This document shows, piece after piece, positions 41,526-53,138 of a stretch of DNA of 64,000 bases. The notes below the pieces were generated by a model. That model saw only the letters and a list, made by a program, of their open reading frames with translations, made no database searches and was not told the DNA's origin. The stretch lies in contig ADNK01001326.1 of the NCBI GenBank assembly GCA_000320545.1, forward strand, positions 62,001-126,000, written 5' to 3'. A program made the translations under genes and the position numbers. The first letter of the stretch is position 1. Each line of letters opens with the position of its first letter. The stretch is from Bigelowiella natans CCMP2755 (lineage: Eukaryota; Protista; Cercozoa).

Positions 41526-42605
41526 TCAATGCAAAAGGTTCATCCGTTCCTGTTTCGCAGCTCTTTGATGGAACAACGTCCTGTCCAAAAGAAAGCAGAA
41601 ATTAGAGCCGAATCATATTCTTCAGTGGCATTTGGAAGACCTTGCTTTTATGTACGTCCTCAAAAATTGTGTGAGGTCCATCTCCTCATCGTTGAACTTT
41701 TGTACAATTTCTTCGGAAGATTCCTCCACCTTCGACACGGCTTCCGATAGTTGTGAACGAAGGGCGCCGATAGAGAAGTTCTAGCATAAGGGAGAACTTA
41801 AGAAGGTGTATCAACATCTTCAGTATGGATGTAAAGTCTCAAACCTTAAGTATTCTTTGCTGATCGTCGATGAGCTTGGTGACATTCGCTCTCTTTTCCT
41901 TCTCTATTGTGCGCAGCTCTTTGATTTCACGCTGTAAACCTTCTATCTCGGGTTTCATCTTCATATTGTCACCTTAATAATGTGGATGAAGCATGGTGAA
42001 TAGCTGCGAACATTCTTTTATGCATCAAATTACTTGCTATTTTCTCCACTCCTTCGTAGAGTTGTTTCTTCTTATCGTCCCCTGACTTAAAGATCCCTGA
42101 TGATTCGACTAAAGTTTCTATTTGAGCTTCTGAATCCACAAGATTCTGCAGCTCATCGGTACTGAATTGATTTAAAAAATGTGATTTCAGATCATCTTGC
42201 TGTTGTAGGTTTGTACACCACCACCATTACTTGTTTCTATACTTACACAAATGCACTTACTTATATGCATCTAATATCTGAAATCGGAAATCCGGCTTTG
42301 GAGGAGTGTAGGATGATGTTGCAGGTTGGGCGTGCTGTGTTTTGTTGAATGCCGTTGGTTGTGAACGAGGTTGGTGATGATGGAGAGTTGTTGGTTGGTG
42401 GTAGTTGGGGTTTTGAAATTGGGGGGTTGGACGGTGAAGTGGCTGTACAAAGCCATTGGTATTTGTATTATTGACATAGCTGGGTGCCGGAGTAGATGTG
42501 ACTCTTGCAATCGGAAGCGGGGGGTTACGATGTAGATGGTTCTCAAGACTTCTAATTAGACCTACAAGACTGATGCCGACGTCGAAGATGTGTGTACATA
42601 TCATT

Positions 42606-42642
<37 letters not shown>

Positions 42643-43117
42643 CTGCGCACACACGCCTGGAGAAATATACATAATACGTATGCGTACGGTATGATTATTA
42701 CCTTGAATTTGATTTCCACTCCTGAATCTCTCGCAAGCCAACAAGGCGCATGTTTGAGTTAAATAAACGATGGCGTATGTTTTCTTTCGATGTGATGATT
42801 GGAGGTGTTTGTGGAAAGTCAGCGGATACTTGCCTAAAGTAACATCGGAGGTAAGACCTAATTTACAACTTGAAATATGAAAATTACAAGGTCATATTGT
42901 AAATGCCGGAAGTTGTAGTCATTGGAAGGTGAAAGGTAGAGCCATCTGCATCTGCCTTCGTGTTCGGAAAGTTTGTCTTCAACTCGTTTATTTCTTTTGT
43001 CCTCCTAATTTCGAAGTACAAACGGTCATAGAAGCTACAACTAAATCGGATGTATCATCCTTACAATGAGATAGTTCGATTGCTTTGGTTCGAGCCCTTG
43101 GAGCGGCGAAGAAACAT
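41526..43117 (-). CDS. VPS37: ESCRT-I subunit VPS37A-like (N-terminal UEV-like domain, Pro/Gln linker, Mod(r) domain)
   Basis: Spliced protein MFLRRSK..RTKEINELKTNFP..LQVSADFPQTPPII..IRHRLF..LVGLIRSLENHLHRNPP; STDELQNLVDSE..; EESSEEIVQKFNDEEMDLTQFLRTYIKA|RTLFHQRAAKQERM* fits the Mod(r) C-terminal consensus. Confidence 0.85.
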
Positions 43118-43457
43118 CCTTCCTTCCTTTTTGTTTTTCCCTTCTGGGTGGAAGGTGCCTTATTAATCCTTGAATGCTGGATGATTCCTGAAATCTCCAC
43201 AACATCTCTGAAAATCTCGGTCTAGTAGTGGAGAGATTTACGAGTTATCCTGGAGATTTTAGGGAATTTAGGTGATCTCTGATGATCTCGAAATCGTTCA
43301 CCCCAGTCATATATTGTGGAATGAACTCTGACCGTTACAGCGGATAGGGAGGAACGATCGTAGAGGCATAACGCAACAGATTCAGCAACGATTTAAAACC
43401 CATAGCAGTCTTAATCTCCAAATTTAGGACCTTTACAAAACTAAATCTCTGTGCACC

Positions 43458-44314
43458 ATGGCTAAGAAAGCAAAAAAGGGGAAAAAAAAGGGAGACGAGG
43501 GCGGCGACTCTGCGGAGGAGAAATCGAAGCTCTTAGAGATGCAACTAGAATCTCTCAGACATAGATTGAGTAACTATTTATTCACACGCTTTCATATATC
43601 TTTGAATTTACGATTTAAATGCAATTGAATCTCCTTGACGAGACCTTTTTTTTTAATCACCAGTTATGCAAACAAACAAGTCCAGCGGCGCCGAAGCTTT
43701 CGTCAAAGACTTGCGTAAAAAATTCGGAGACTTGGCAAAAGACTTTGATGAACAAGAGGTTATCGACCAACTATTCTAAAACTTTAAATTATTGAACTCA
43801 CCGGTCCCTTTGTCACAGATCAATATGTTCAGCATTTCTGCAGAGATGACTCGTCATTACAAATCTATGCGAAAGAAGATGCAGGAAACAATAATGGGGC
43901 TTCAGGAAAAAATTGGGGAAACGAATGACCAGCTAGGTATAGAATTTGTAACCTTCATTATGTTGTGACGGAAATTTTGAGCTTTGCTTGTGTACAGAGG
44001 CCGAAAAGAAACGCTGTCAGGAGGAACTTGACAAGAAGGACGCTGTAATTAAGCAAAAGGATGAGGAGATCGAGGAAATGAAGAGGAGGATGAAGGATAT
44101 GTCTTTAGAGTTTAAACTCATGCTTCAGGTAGTAATACGAGTTCTGCAACGCCTGCAACTATTCATTTTGGTATCAAAATCTTAGGAAACATTGGCGGGA
44201 ATGAATGAAAAGATTGAGATAACATCGAAGGGAATCGAGAAAACTAGAAATGCGATGTTAGATCAAGATAATTCTGCAATTCTTCAGCCATTCATAACCG
44301 CGACAGTTACATAG
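43458..44314 (+). CDS. CCDC153: CCDC153/DRC12-like flagellar coiled-coil protein (5 exons)
   Basis: MAKKAKKGKKK..LESLRHRL..ISAEMTRHYKSM..KQKDEEIEEMKRRMKDMSLEFKLMLQ|ETLAGMNEKIE matches the CCDC153 pattern (M.RQYK.M; M..EF..ML.ETL..M..K). Confidence 0.75.
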
Positions 44315-44459
44315 ATACAGACGGGGGTTTCAGATGCAGGACGAAACTAAATGACAGCCTTAACAACGATGATGTGAATTGAACGTGAAACTGGTCGTGC
44401 GAATTGTTAGGCCATGGTTACACACCATTTGTTGTGTGTGTGTGTGTGTGTGTAGCATG

Positions 44460-46000
44460 TACTTTGTTTGCAGTGCACTTGCATTGCGTCTGCTTGTGCC
44501 ACACATGCGCCTGATGCCGTGATGAGTGTCGTACCGTGAAAATGAATGTCAATTGAAGCTTTTCCGTTGTTTGCGTCGCGTCGGTGAGCAGCGCAGACGA
44601 CACCGACCACCGTCAACGTGCTGCACAAGCTAGCAGCCAGCTAGCCAGGGATGATGGTGCTGTGGCGCATGCGCGAATGCAGCTCACATTGCGGCGCCCA
44701 ACGTGCACACACATGAACAATGATGACGAACGACGCGACACACCAAGCGAACTGCTTGAAACTAGCTGTGGGCACAACAATGACGTTCATTGCATGTGTG
44801 CTGTGTGCACGCATCGTGCACGTGTCTAGCAGGTATGGATCGGAGCGCGAGCAAAACTAGCAGAAACAAAGACATGCTAGCATGTGTCTCCCAACCAAAT
44901 GTGCGCACGATGCAAACTGCGGCGTCCATTGCTAGGTTGTGTGTTGCATGCCTTGTTGCACCACGCTGGCATTTTTTGCCACACCGTCCCGGCTAGCCGG
45001 CGCTTGCAACGCACTGGACTCGTCGTGGATGCAGGCTGCCGTTCGCACGAACTGCACGTGTCCGCCATCACGTGGTTCCAGCGAGCGCATCGCAATCGGC
45101 AAAACAATGGGTGTGCACAGCCCCGTTTGCAAGTCCAGCAGCTGCGTGTTGATTGCGGCACGCGCGCGCGCAACAACGGGGTGATCTGGAGATCAAGGCG
45201 CGCGGAAATGAGGGTTTTGCGGCCGAAAGAGTGTTTTCCTCGCGCGGAGCGCGAGAAATTTGCGGGTGGTTGCAGTGAAGTTTGCAAGTTTCCATTGCAG
45301 ATTTCACTGAATTTCAGAAAAATGCTGTGTTTTGGCTTGGTGAAATGCAGAAATGGCGCAACGCGCCAAGAGAAGCCATTTCCGCAAGTCAGCTTCGGCC
45401 GGCGGCGCTCGGCAGGGCCGCAGGGCGCCTGCGATTGCTGTGTCCGCAAACCCGCCCCCCTTGCTAGCTTGAGCGCGCTCCAGGGCGCTCAACGCACGGC
45501 ATCAGCCGTGCAGTGTGGCTTGCCTAGTTGCTGCGGCCACGCCATGCCAGCATGGCACGCTTGCTGGGTTGATCGATGTCACGAACGCGCACGCTCCAGT
45601 GCCAGTAGCGTGCTGTCGACGTGCCAGCTAGCCAGCGTGCCTTGCTGCTGTGCTGTGGAAAAGAAAGAAAGAAACAAAGTTCAATGATCGACTGCACTTC
45701 CCAATCATCAAGTTCATTGTTCATTGTTCATCGTCCAAAGTGTCATTGCACGACGTGTGCAAGTGTGCAAACAAAGTGGAGTGATCAACAAGGTCACACG
45801 AGGTTTCAAGAAAGAAAGAAACATCAACTTGATGATCGACTGCATTTCCAAAGTGTCGCATGGCGCTTGCAAAATGCGAAACGCAGTGCCTCGAGCTGAA
45901 ACACTGTGCAAATTTCAACGATGACTTGAAATTGACACGTCGGCTGCCATGATGAGTCCTGGCTGACTTGACTGCTTCAACTTTCCGTCAAGCTTCGGTA
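44460..46000. repeat. Extremely TpA-depleted non-coding block (probable hypermutated repeat/TE remnant)
   Basis: Manual count: 13 TA dinucleotides in 44534-45998, 11 of them in CTAG. None in 44996-45464 or 45631-45998. Internal direct repeat aagaaagaaagaaaca...tgatcgactgca at 45661 and 45808. Confidence 0.85.
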
Positions 46001-46261
46001 GCTCGGTAGCGAGTCAAGAAGATCATGGGAAAAGCATGAGTTTGAAATTTTGAGTATGTCGCAAGTGTCGAACGCCCTCCTCTTTCAAACGACCAAGAAA
46101 AGGCATAGGGAATAGGTGCTTCCGGTATCCATTGCTTTGGAACAGGTTAGCCATCATGGTTGGAGGGTGAATTTGGTTTCTCTAATCTTTTCAACATTTA
46201 GAAAACCAGCAAACAAACTATTCACTCATTCATCACTATTGCTCATCAAGGAAGCAACAAG

Positions 46262-46644
46262 ATGAAAAGGAGGCGGCAATTGCAAGGAAGCAAATTCGAG
46301 ATTCCCAAAGAAATCTCATCGAATAGCTTCTGCCCGAAATCTCCGAAAGAATTGGGAGTAGTCGAGCGATCAAGAGAACAAGTCCCCATATTTGGTATTT
46401 CCGGCGATACGCTTGCGTTCATTTTTAGCTTTTCGGAGCCGGACGACCTACGAAGCGCAGTAAGTTCATCATACACGAGTTCTTTCAACTTCTTTTTCGA
46501 AGCAGCAGCTTCCTATGAGTGTCAGATCCTTCTTTTATGAGCTGGATGTTTTGCTACAGTGTTGTGTTTGTACTCGATGGAGCAAACTTTTTAACTATCC
46601 GACACCTCGGCATCCAAGTAAGTGGTTGAGAGTTCTGACACCCA

Positions 46645-46683
<39 letters not shown>

Positions 46684-46758
46684 TATTACCTTATTTTGCA
46701 CACACACACACCTCTGCACACATATATGTCATGTTGTGTCATATAGTGTCATACATAA

Positions 46759-46804
<46 letters not shown>

Positions 46805-47933
46805 CGGATTTAACGTTGCAAATACCAGTGTGGGACGCGTAAATTTAGCTGTTACTTAGTGATATGGCGTCAAGCGTTGAAACAGCGGATCCAAGCAACA
46901 AGATTCTATAAAGTCTTAGCAAATTCTCAGAAGCATCACCTCCCGACAGAGCATGATGAAAAGGGGGATGATGGGCGCTGTCGCTCTCAGGATTCAACCG
47001 ATCATTCCAACCTCGGAGTCAAAGCAATGGGTGGATTTTTTAAGGTTTCCTTTTGTGTAAGATGTCTACATTGAAACAATTTCATCATAATTCTTGACGA
47101 TAGACTAATATTTCATTTAGATGTATGACGGGTCGGTGCTCCGTGAGGCATGTTATCACGTTGTAGATTGGCCTACTCAGGTAGTAGTTCTGCACTGAAA
47201 ATACATCAACACTGTAATCAGGTTGAGTTTCGTTGTTAGTTTGATTCTTCACTGGTGAGCGAGGATCACGAGCATCTCATTGTTCCAGTGAAGGAGATTA
47301 CCAAATATCCTGCGGAAATATCGGCTACTGAAAGATCTCGGGGCTCTTGTAAGTCTGAGGCGGGTTTGGTTTCTCCCAAAGAAAATGCAGGAACTCTGCC
47401 TTGTCACTTGGCATGGCAGCGAGTTGCATATACGGGAACGATACAACGCGGAGATCGCGCCCTGAGATCCGACCGACCCTTTCCGAGACTCGGAGAGAAG
47501 GATGGACTTTCCTTGGCATTTGTAATGCCTTACAATGTCTCGATGGAGGAGTGTAATGCACTCCGGATGTTCCCTGAGATTTTTGGATGCAAGCAAGAAT
47601 ATCTTCAGAGTAATGGGGCTGCTGCTGCTGTTGCTGCTGCTGCTTCCCCAAAGCCAAAATCGATACATCAGTTCTCAAAACTAAGTGCTGCTTCTCAACG
47701 ATCATTACCCTTTCGATGGAGACGGCGAAATACTGCTCCACAGCAGAGACAGGACCACCACCCCAACCATAGTTGCAACAGCTGGACTTTTGAAACTAAA
47801 CGAATGTATAACACCAATAATACTCATTATAGTCATGATGACGGGAAGTGTAGCTCCTCCGCCGTTGAACCAGTAGTACCGCTGAGCAGGTACCCGCATA
47901 CATGATGACTTGATGATACCTGTCAGATCACCG

Positions 47934-47978
<45 letters not shown>

Positions 47979-48296
47979 GCCAATTAAGTACTCCACCTGA
48001 TATATTAATTGATATGGGACTAAACACAGCGCAAAAGGAAGGTTAGAGCACTCATCGTCGTCATCATCGGCAGTACGAGTTCCATACGACCATGCAAGTG
48101 TTATGATGCTGTCCCCAAAAAACCAAAGCAAATCTGACCAGAAAATCAATAGCCACAACTTTGAGAAAACAGGCGATGATTCCCAAGACCGCAGCAGCAG
48201 CAGCAGCAGCAACAGCAAGAGCAATAGCAGCAAAGTGGCCGATTTAAAACCCGGACTACAGCTCGTCTTCTCAATGGTGTTATTTAGATTCATATA

Positions 48297-48336
<40 letters not shown>

Positions 48337-49296
48337 TATCACTCATTCAAGTCTCACGAGATGAATATGTTATTCGTTCAGATCGCATACTTTGAAGTGC
48401 GGATTGAAAAGAGCGAATCGACAGAACAGCAGGTGATTGCTGTAAGCATGAATCGACTTGGATATAAACTGTGGGTTGTTCATATGATACTTTGGAAATA
48501 AATTAGATGTTCACACACACACACACACACACACACTTCCTCACTCTCTTATTATGTATCAGCACGTTGGGGATTGTATTGCCATTGGGGTTGCACGAAA
48601 TAAATTCCCTTTGACTGGAAAACAGGTCGCTCACCACCACTACCACAACTACCACCGACCGCCACTGTCATCATTATTTATTATATCGTGCACAAGATGA
48701 GATTTACCTCCATGGAAATTAAATTATAGCCCGGATGGGATCCGTACTCATTCGGATATCACGGTGATGATGGCAATGCGTTCCATGCAAGGTCCTCCTA
48801 TTAATCACCCACTTTCTTCGACACAACTGCAGCGCATAATCGGAGAACATATTAATGATTCATCAATTGCCATCAACAATTAGTGGTGTTGGGCACATGT
48901 ACGCCAATTCTTTCGGTCCCGGAGATACAGTTGGATGTGGAATCAACTACAACAACAGGTACTTAGCTATACTAGTCAAAGAAATAGAAACTATATAGGT
49001 CGATATTTAGACAGGGTTAGGGGGGTTTACTTTTTAGCTAAGTGCTGCTGTATGGGTTCTACGATCGCTGCTGGCACTGCTGTTAAATTAAAATCCATCC
49101 ACCGGTGGCAACAAGCATTACCCATTCCATCAATCAATTTTTGATCCAGATCAATCTTCTTCACGAAAAATGGCTCGTTTTTGGGAACAGCTTTCCAGTA
49201 CGTTCTCCTCCTCCTCCTCCTCCCCCTCCTCCTCTTCCCATTGTAGTAGTTTCGTGAGAGTATTATCACTGTATGCCCCTCTCCATCCACCATCCC

Positions 49297-49336
<40 letters not shown>

Positions 49337-49682
49337 TACGGAGCAGCAGCCATTCTCATGTCTACTGAATTCAGAGTTTCACTTCTATTCCATGTCGTCT
49401 TCTCCTCCTCCCCCTCCCCCTTTTATAATTTATTTCTACGTTGCAGTTGCGTCCCTCCTGGAAGCTACTATCCTGTCGTAGGGGTGGACACGCGACTACC
49501 ATTTCATGTAATACTACTAATTGGTATTATCATCTGTATTTGACTATGTCAGACATATAGGTTAATTTCGGCATTATCCGTCCCTTCAAATTTGAGCTTT
49601 TGATCTATCATCAGCAACAGATGGAAAAGCTAGGTAGGTGAATGCATCTTGCTACCTGCCAACTCATCGTGCTTATCCTTCC

Positions 49683-49734
<52 letters not shown>

Positions 49735-50539
49735 CGCGCGCGCGCGCATGTTTACATTCTTCCTCTTCCTCCTCCTCCGCCTCCTCCTCCACTTCTTGTT
49801 TTTTTTCTTCTTCTTCTTCCTCTTTTTGTTTAGGACTTTTGAATGTGCGAACTTATCCACAGCATCCTTTGCTTCCACTTCTTAAGGCACTATTGATGCT
49901 GCTACTACTACTAAATTAATACTAAAACAGTAGTGCAAAAGAGAGAAATAGAAAAAGAGAGGAAGGTGGTGATGATGGGGATTTTATGGAGGAAGAACAC
50001 GGAGCACATTTTTGAAAACTGTGGTCTCTCAAATTCGTGTTTCAGTTTTTATTTTTTGCTGACATAGATTTGAACTATAAATGTAGGAACGCGTACGTGC
50101 CCGCAAGCCAAGGCGCAGTAGCCCGAGTCCTGAAGCAAAACCACGGCTTTCCCCAACCCGTCGTCGAAGAAGAAGAAGACAAGTTATTACGCGTATGATC
50201 GCAGAGGAGGAGGAAAAGGAAGAGGGTCACACATCAGGCAGTGAAGAAAACGATTCCGACTGGGAGGAAGGGGATGACGACGACGACGACGATGATGATG
50301 ATGATGATGGTGAGAGGAGGAGGACAACGACGATAAAAACGACAACGATGATCATGATGATGATGATGATGATGATGATGAAGGCGATGATGATAAGTAG
50401 TTAAGAATGAGATACCAATAATCATAGTCACTATCACGTAGGCTATGAAGGGGGGGAACCCGTTATGTTTAATTATGGAGGAGCGACTAGAAGAATTAAC
50501 ATGGACAACGTCATGATCAGGGCTTTGATTACGGTATAC

Positions 50540-50594
<55 letters not shown>

Positions 50595-50816
50595 CGCGCG
50601 CGCGCGCTTTCCTTTCTATGAATATAAACCCATTGTAGCATTATCAGCCAGCTCACATTCACATTTGACTGACTGAAAATGCCTCTCCCATCACTTCAGA
50701 GGGGTCTAATGTTTCGGGGAACGCGAAACCTATCAACGAGATCCAGAACAGCAACTTTTGCCTCGCAACATATAGTACAAAATGATTCGAATGGAGCTGA
50801 AGATGAGCAACAATGA
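46262..50816 (+). CDS. F-box plus RanBPM-type SPRY domain protein with an acidic tail
   Basis: F-box-like ISGDTLAFIFSFSEPDDLRSA|CCVCTRWSKL. SPRY motifs AYFEVRIE, IAIG, PGWDPYSFGYHGDDG, FGPGDTVGCGINY, IFFTKNG..LG.AF, YPVVG, VNFG...PFKF. Confidence 0.85.
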
Positions 50817-51049
50817 TAATATGATCCATGATACACTACCGAGACTTTGTACAGATATTCAGTATCCACTTGGAGCCCGTTACTAATTATTGGTTCCACA
50901 GAGGATATCTTACCGATTTGAAGTGATTGGTTTTAACACAGAAGATGTACAGTTGTAGTACTAGAGTAAAGTAATTTATTGAGAATCGTTGCACAATCAT
51001 GTATCATCTTTATCAATTGTGTTAGTTGATCACTGCTAACCATGAACAC

Positions 51050-51900
51050 ATAATCTAGATCATCCTAATGATTGAATGCCATGAGCCACGTGGTTGTCCA
51101 TCTTGTACTCGCAGATGCTAATGGTACACGTGCAACTTCATTGCAAGCATGACTAGATGAGGATGCTACACAGTTCCAAATCTGAATCGAATTTTGTTTG
51201 GAAAAAACATGGAAAGGATCTTTATTTTTCCGTGCTCAGTAGCATCACAGATGTGTTGTTGCAATGATAGACATGCAATACACAATATATATAATATATA
51301 TAGTGTATTGCTGTGTGCATTATTGCACCACACTGGCACATGTCACACACAACAATCCACTGCTAGACTGTGCCATGCTTGTGTGGCATGCATGTCTTGT
51401 TCCACGTTGCGTTGTGTGTGCTGTTCGTCAAAACATGCTGTGTTGTTGCATGCTGCTCGCTCATCTACTCAATGCTGCTGATGGAAGCAGCCACTAGACT
51501 AGCTAGCTAGACAATGCAACGCATTTCACAGCATGCATGCCCACAGCGCAGCTAGGATGATCAATGTGTGCGAACGTGGCTAGCTCCTCTAGTCGATCCT
51601 TTCTGTTTCTCATTGTTGTTCGACCTCTCTAGCTTTTTCATGTTGATGGCTAGCGCTCGCTAGCGCTAGTGCTATGGAGTGGCGCGCAGTTGCAATGTTG
51701 CACTCATTGCCCTAGCACCTTGCAATCACAAGCTCTAGAGCTACCTTTAAACCTAGCTACGCTAGCATATGTTTGACACATGCTGGCATGTGATGGCACA
51801 TCGCACTGCATCCACTGTTAGCTAAACTAGCAAACTAGCAGATTGCACGCCATGCTAGCATGCTCATTGCTCACGAACGATCACACGCCATCTCATAGCT
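51050..51900. repeat. CTAG-rich TpA-depleted spacer between convergent genes
   Basis: Dense ctag/catg/tgca words. Shares a ~52-bp palindromic element (51264-51315) with the 40.9-kb spacer. Confidence 0.7.
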
Positions 51901-51971
51901 CCTATTTTTTGCATTTCGATCTTGAAGTGTAAATTTTATTTTTGGTATGAGGTACAGGAGTGTGAAGAGTT

Positions 51972-52490
51972 TCAGTTCATCTTTCTTGGTTGTTGAATCT
52001 TTGAATTGTGCTGCATGTGCGTTGTTTGTTTGACTGGCTTAGGAGGAGGCGCATAAGTGGCAGGATATTTCTTGCTTGAAACTGCATTGACTGATTTTTC
52101 TGCCAATTCATTTTGTCTCTTTTCTGCCATTTTTGACTCATCAATGTTTGAACCTGATGTGAAAGACTTTTATTCCAAAAATGAATTTGAATTAGTCGTG
52201 TCAAGCGCTTGACCTAGTTGCATGGCTGGGCTCTGATAAGCACCCTCATTGGAAGCATTCACAATGTTTGTTTGCACTGAAGCTCCCTCGTTTTTCTTCT
52301 CCGGCTTCTTCGACTGCTTTACACGGACACCTCCAGCTTTTACTAAGGGTATCGTTCATCGAAGTCATAAGTCACAACGGTGGACAGTTCGATAAGGTTA
52401 GATGTGTCAAGCATAAGATTGATTCTACTTCTCAGTAACATCATAGTTTCTGACAACATCCACGATACCTGCTTTGTTGAGTTTATCCAT
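51972..52490 (-). CDS. DAP: Death-associated protein 1 (DAP/DAP1)-like small protein, 3 exons, ~110 aa
   Basis: Exons 52490-52469, 52342-52214 and 52153-51972 join in frame: MDKLNKAVKAGGVRVKQSKKPEKK...YAPPPKPVKQTTHMQHNSKIQQPRKMN*. Both DAP hallmarks are present (N-terminal AVKAGGxR, C-terminal IQQPRK). Confidence 0.85.
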
Positions 52491-53138
52491 TATATTGCTT
52501 TGCGGAAGGGGGGGATTGAATTTTGATTCGTTTGTTGTTTAATCTCTCTTTCCATGTTTCATTTTGCGACAATTGAAGTCAATTGTCGTCTTAAGGGGGA
52601 ACCCCTTCGTTTTCCAAAAGAAATTGAAATATCTTGAAAACAAATCGGATACCCACCTTCCCAATTCTCGCTTCCACGAATGTACCCCTCTCTTCAAACA
52701 AATCTCCTTTCTCACATCAATGACGTATAGATGGTTTTTGCCTGTTTTCCACTCTTGCGACTAAATGTTCAGAGGGTTTTCCCAGATAACTACGACTACG
52801 ACTCGTATCGATTCTTACAACTTTGTGTATGTCGCAGAAGAATAATCGCTGACATTGCCCCTAGACGATAATCAATAACAATCGTTGTTGAGTGTGAAAT
52901 TCCCATCCAATATGTATACGAAAGAAAAAATGTTATTGTTGTCATCGTTGCTAGATGGACTAAATTTATCTCGTAGATATATCTTGTTTAATTTCTGTTC
53001 TATTTCCACATTGTTTCATGATCATTGACTACGAGGACAACTAACAATAGGAACTCAATCCCTTTCCGCTTTTGGGAGTAGTATTGCTTCATACACCTCG
53101 GCCGTGCTGCAACCTTCCGACCCTGCTGACCTTTCTCT

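Noticed and set aside
44877-45687. Long overlapping ORFs on both strands (267 aa and 190 aa)
   Set aside because: A by-product of TpA loss, which removes TAA/TAG stops. The translations are Cys/Arg/Ala/His-rich with no recognisable domain.
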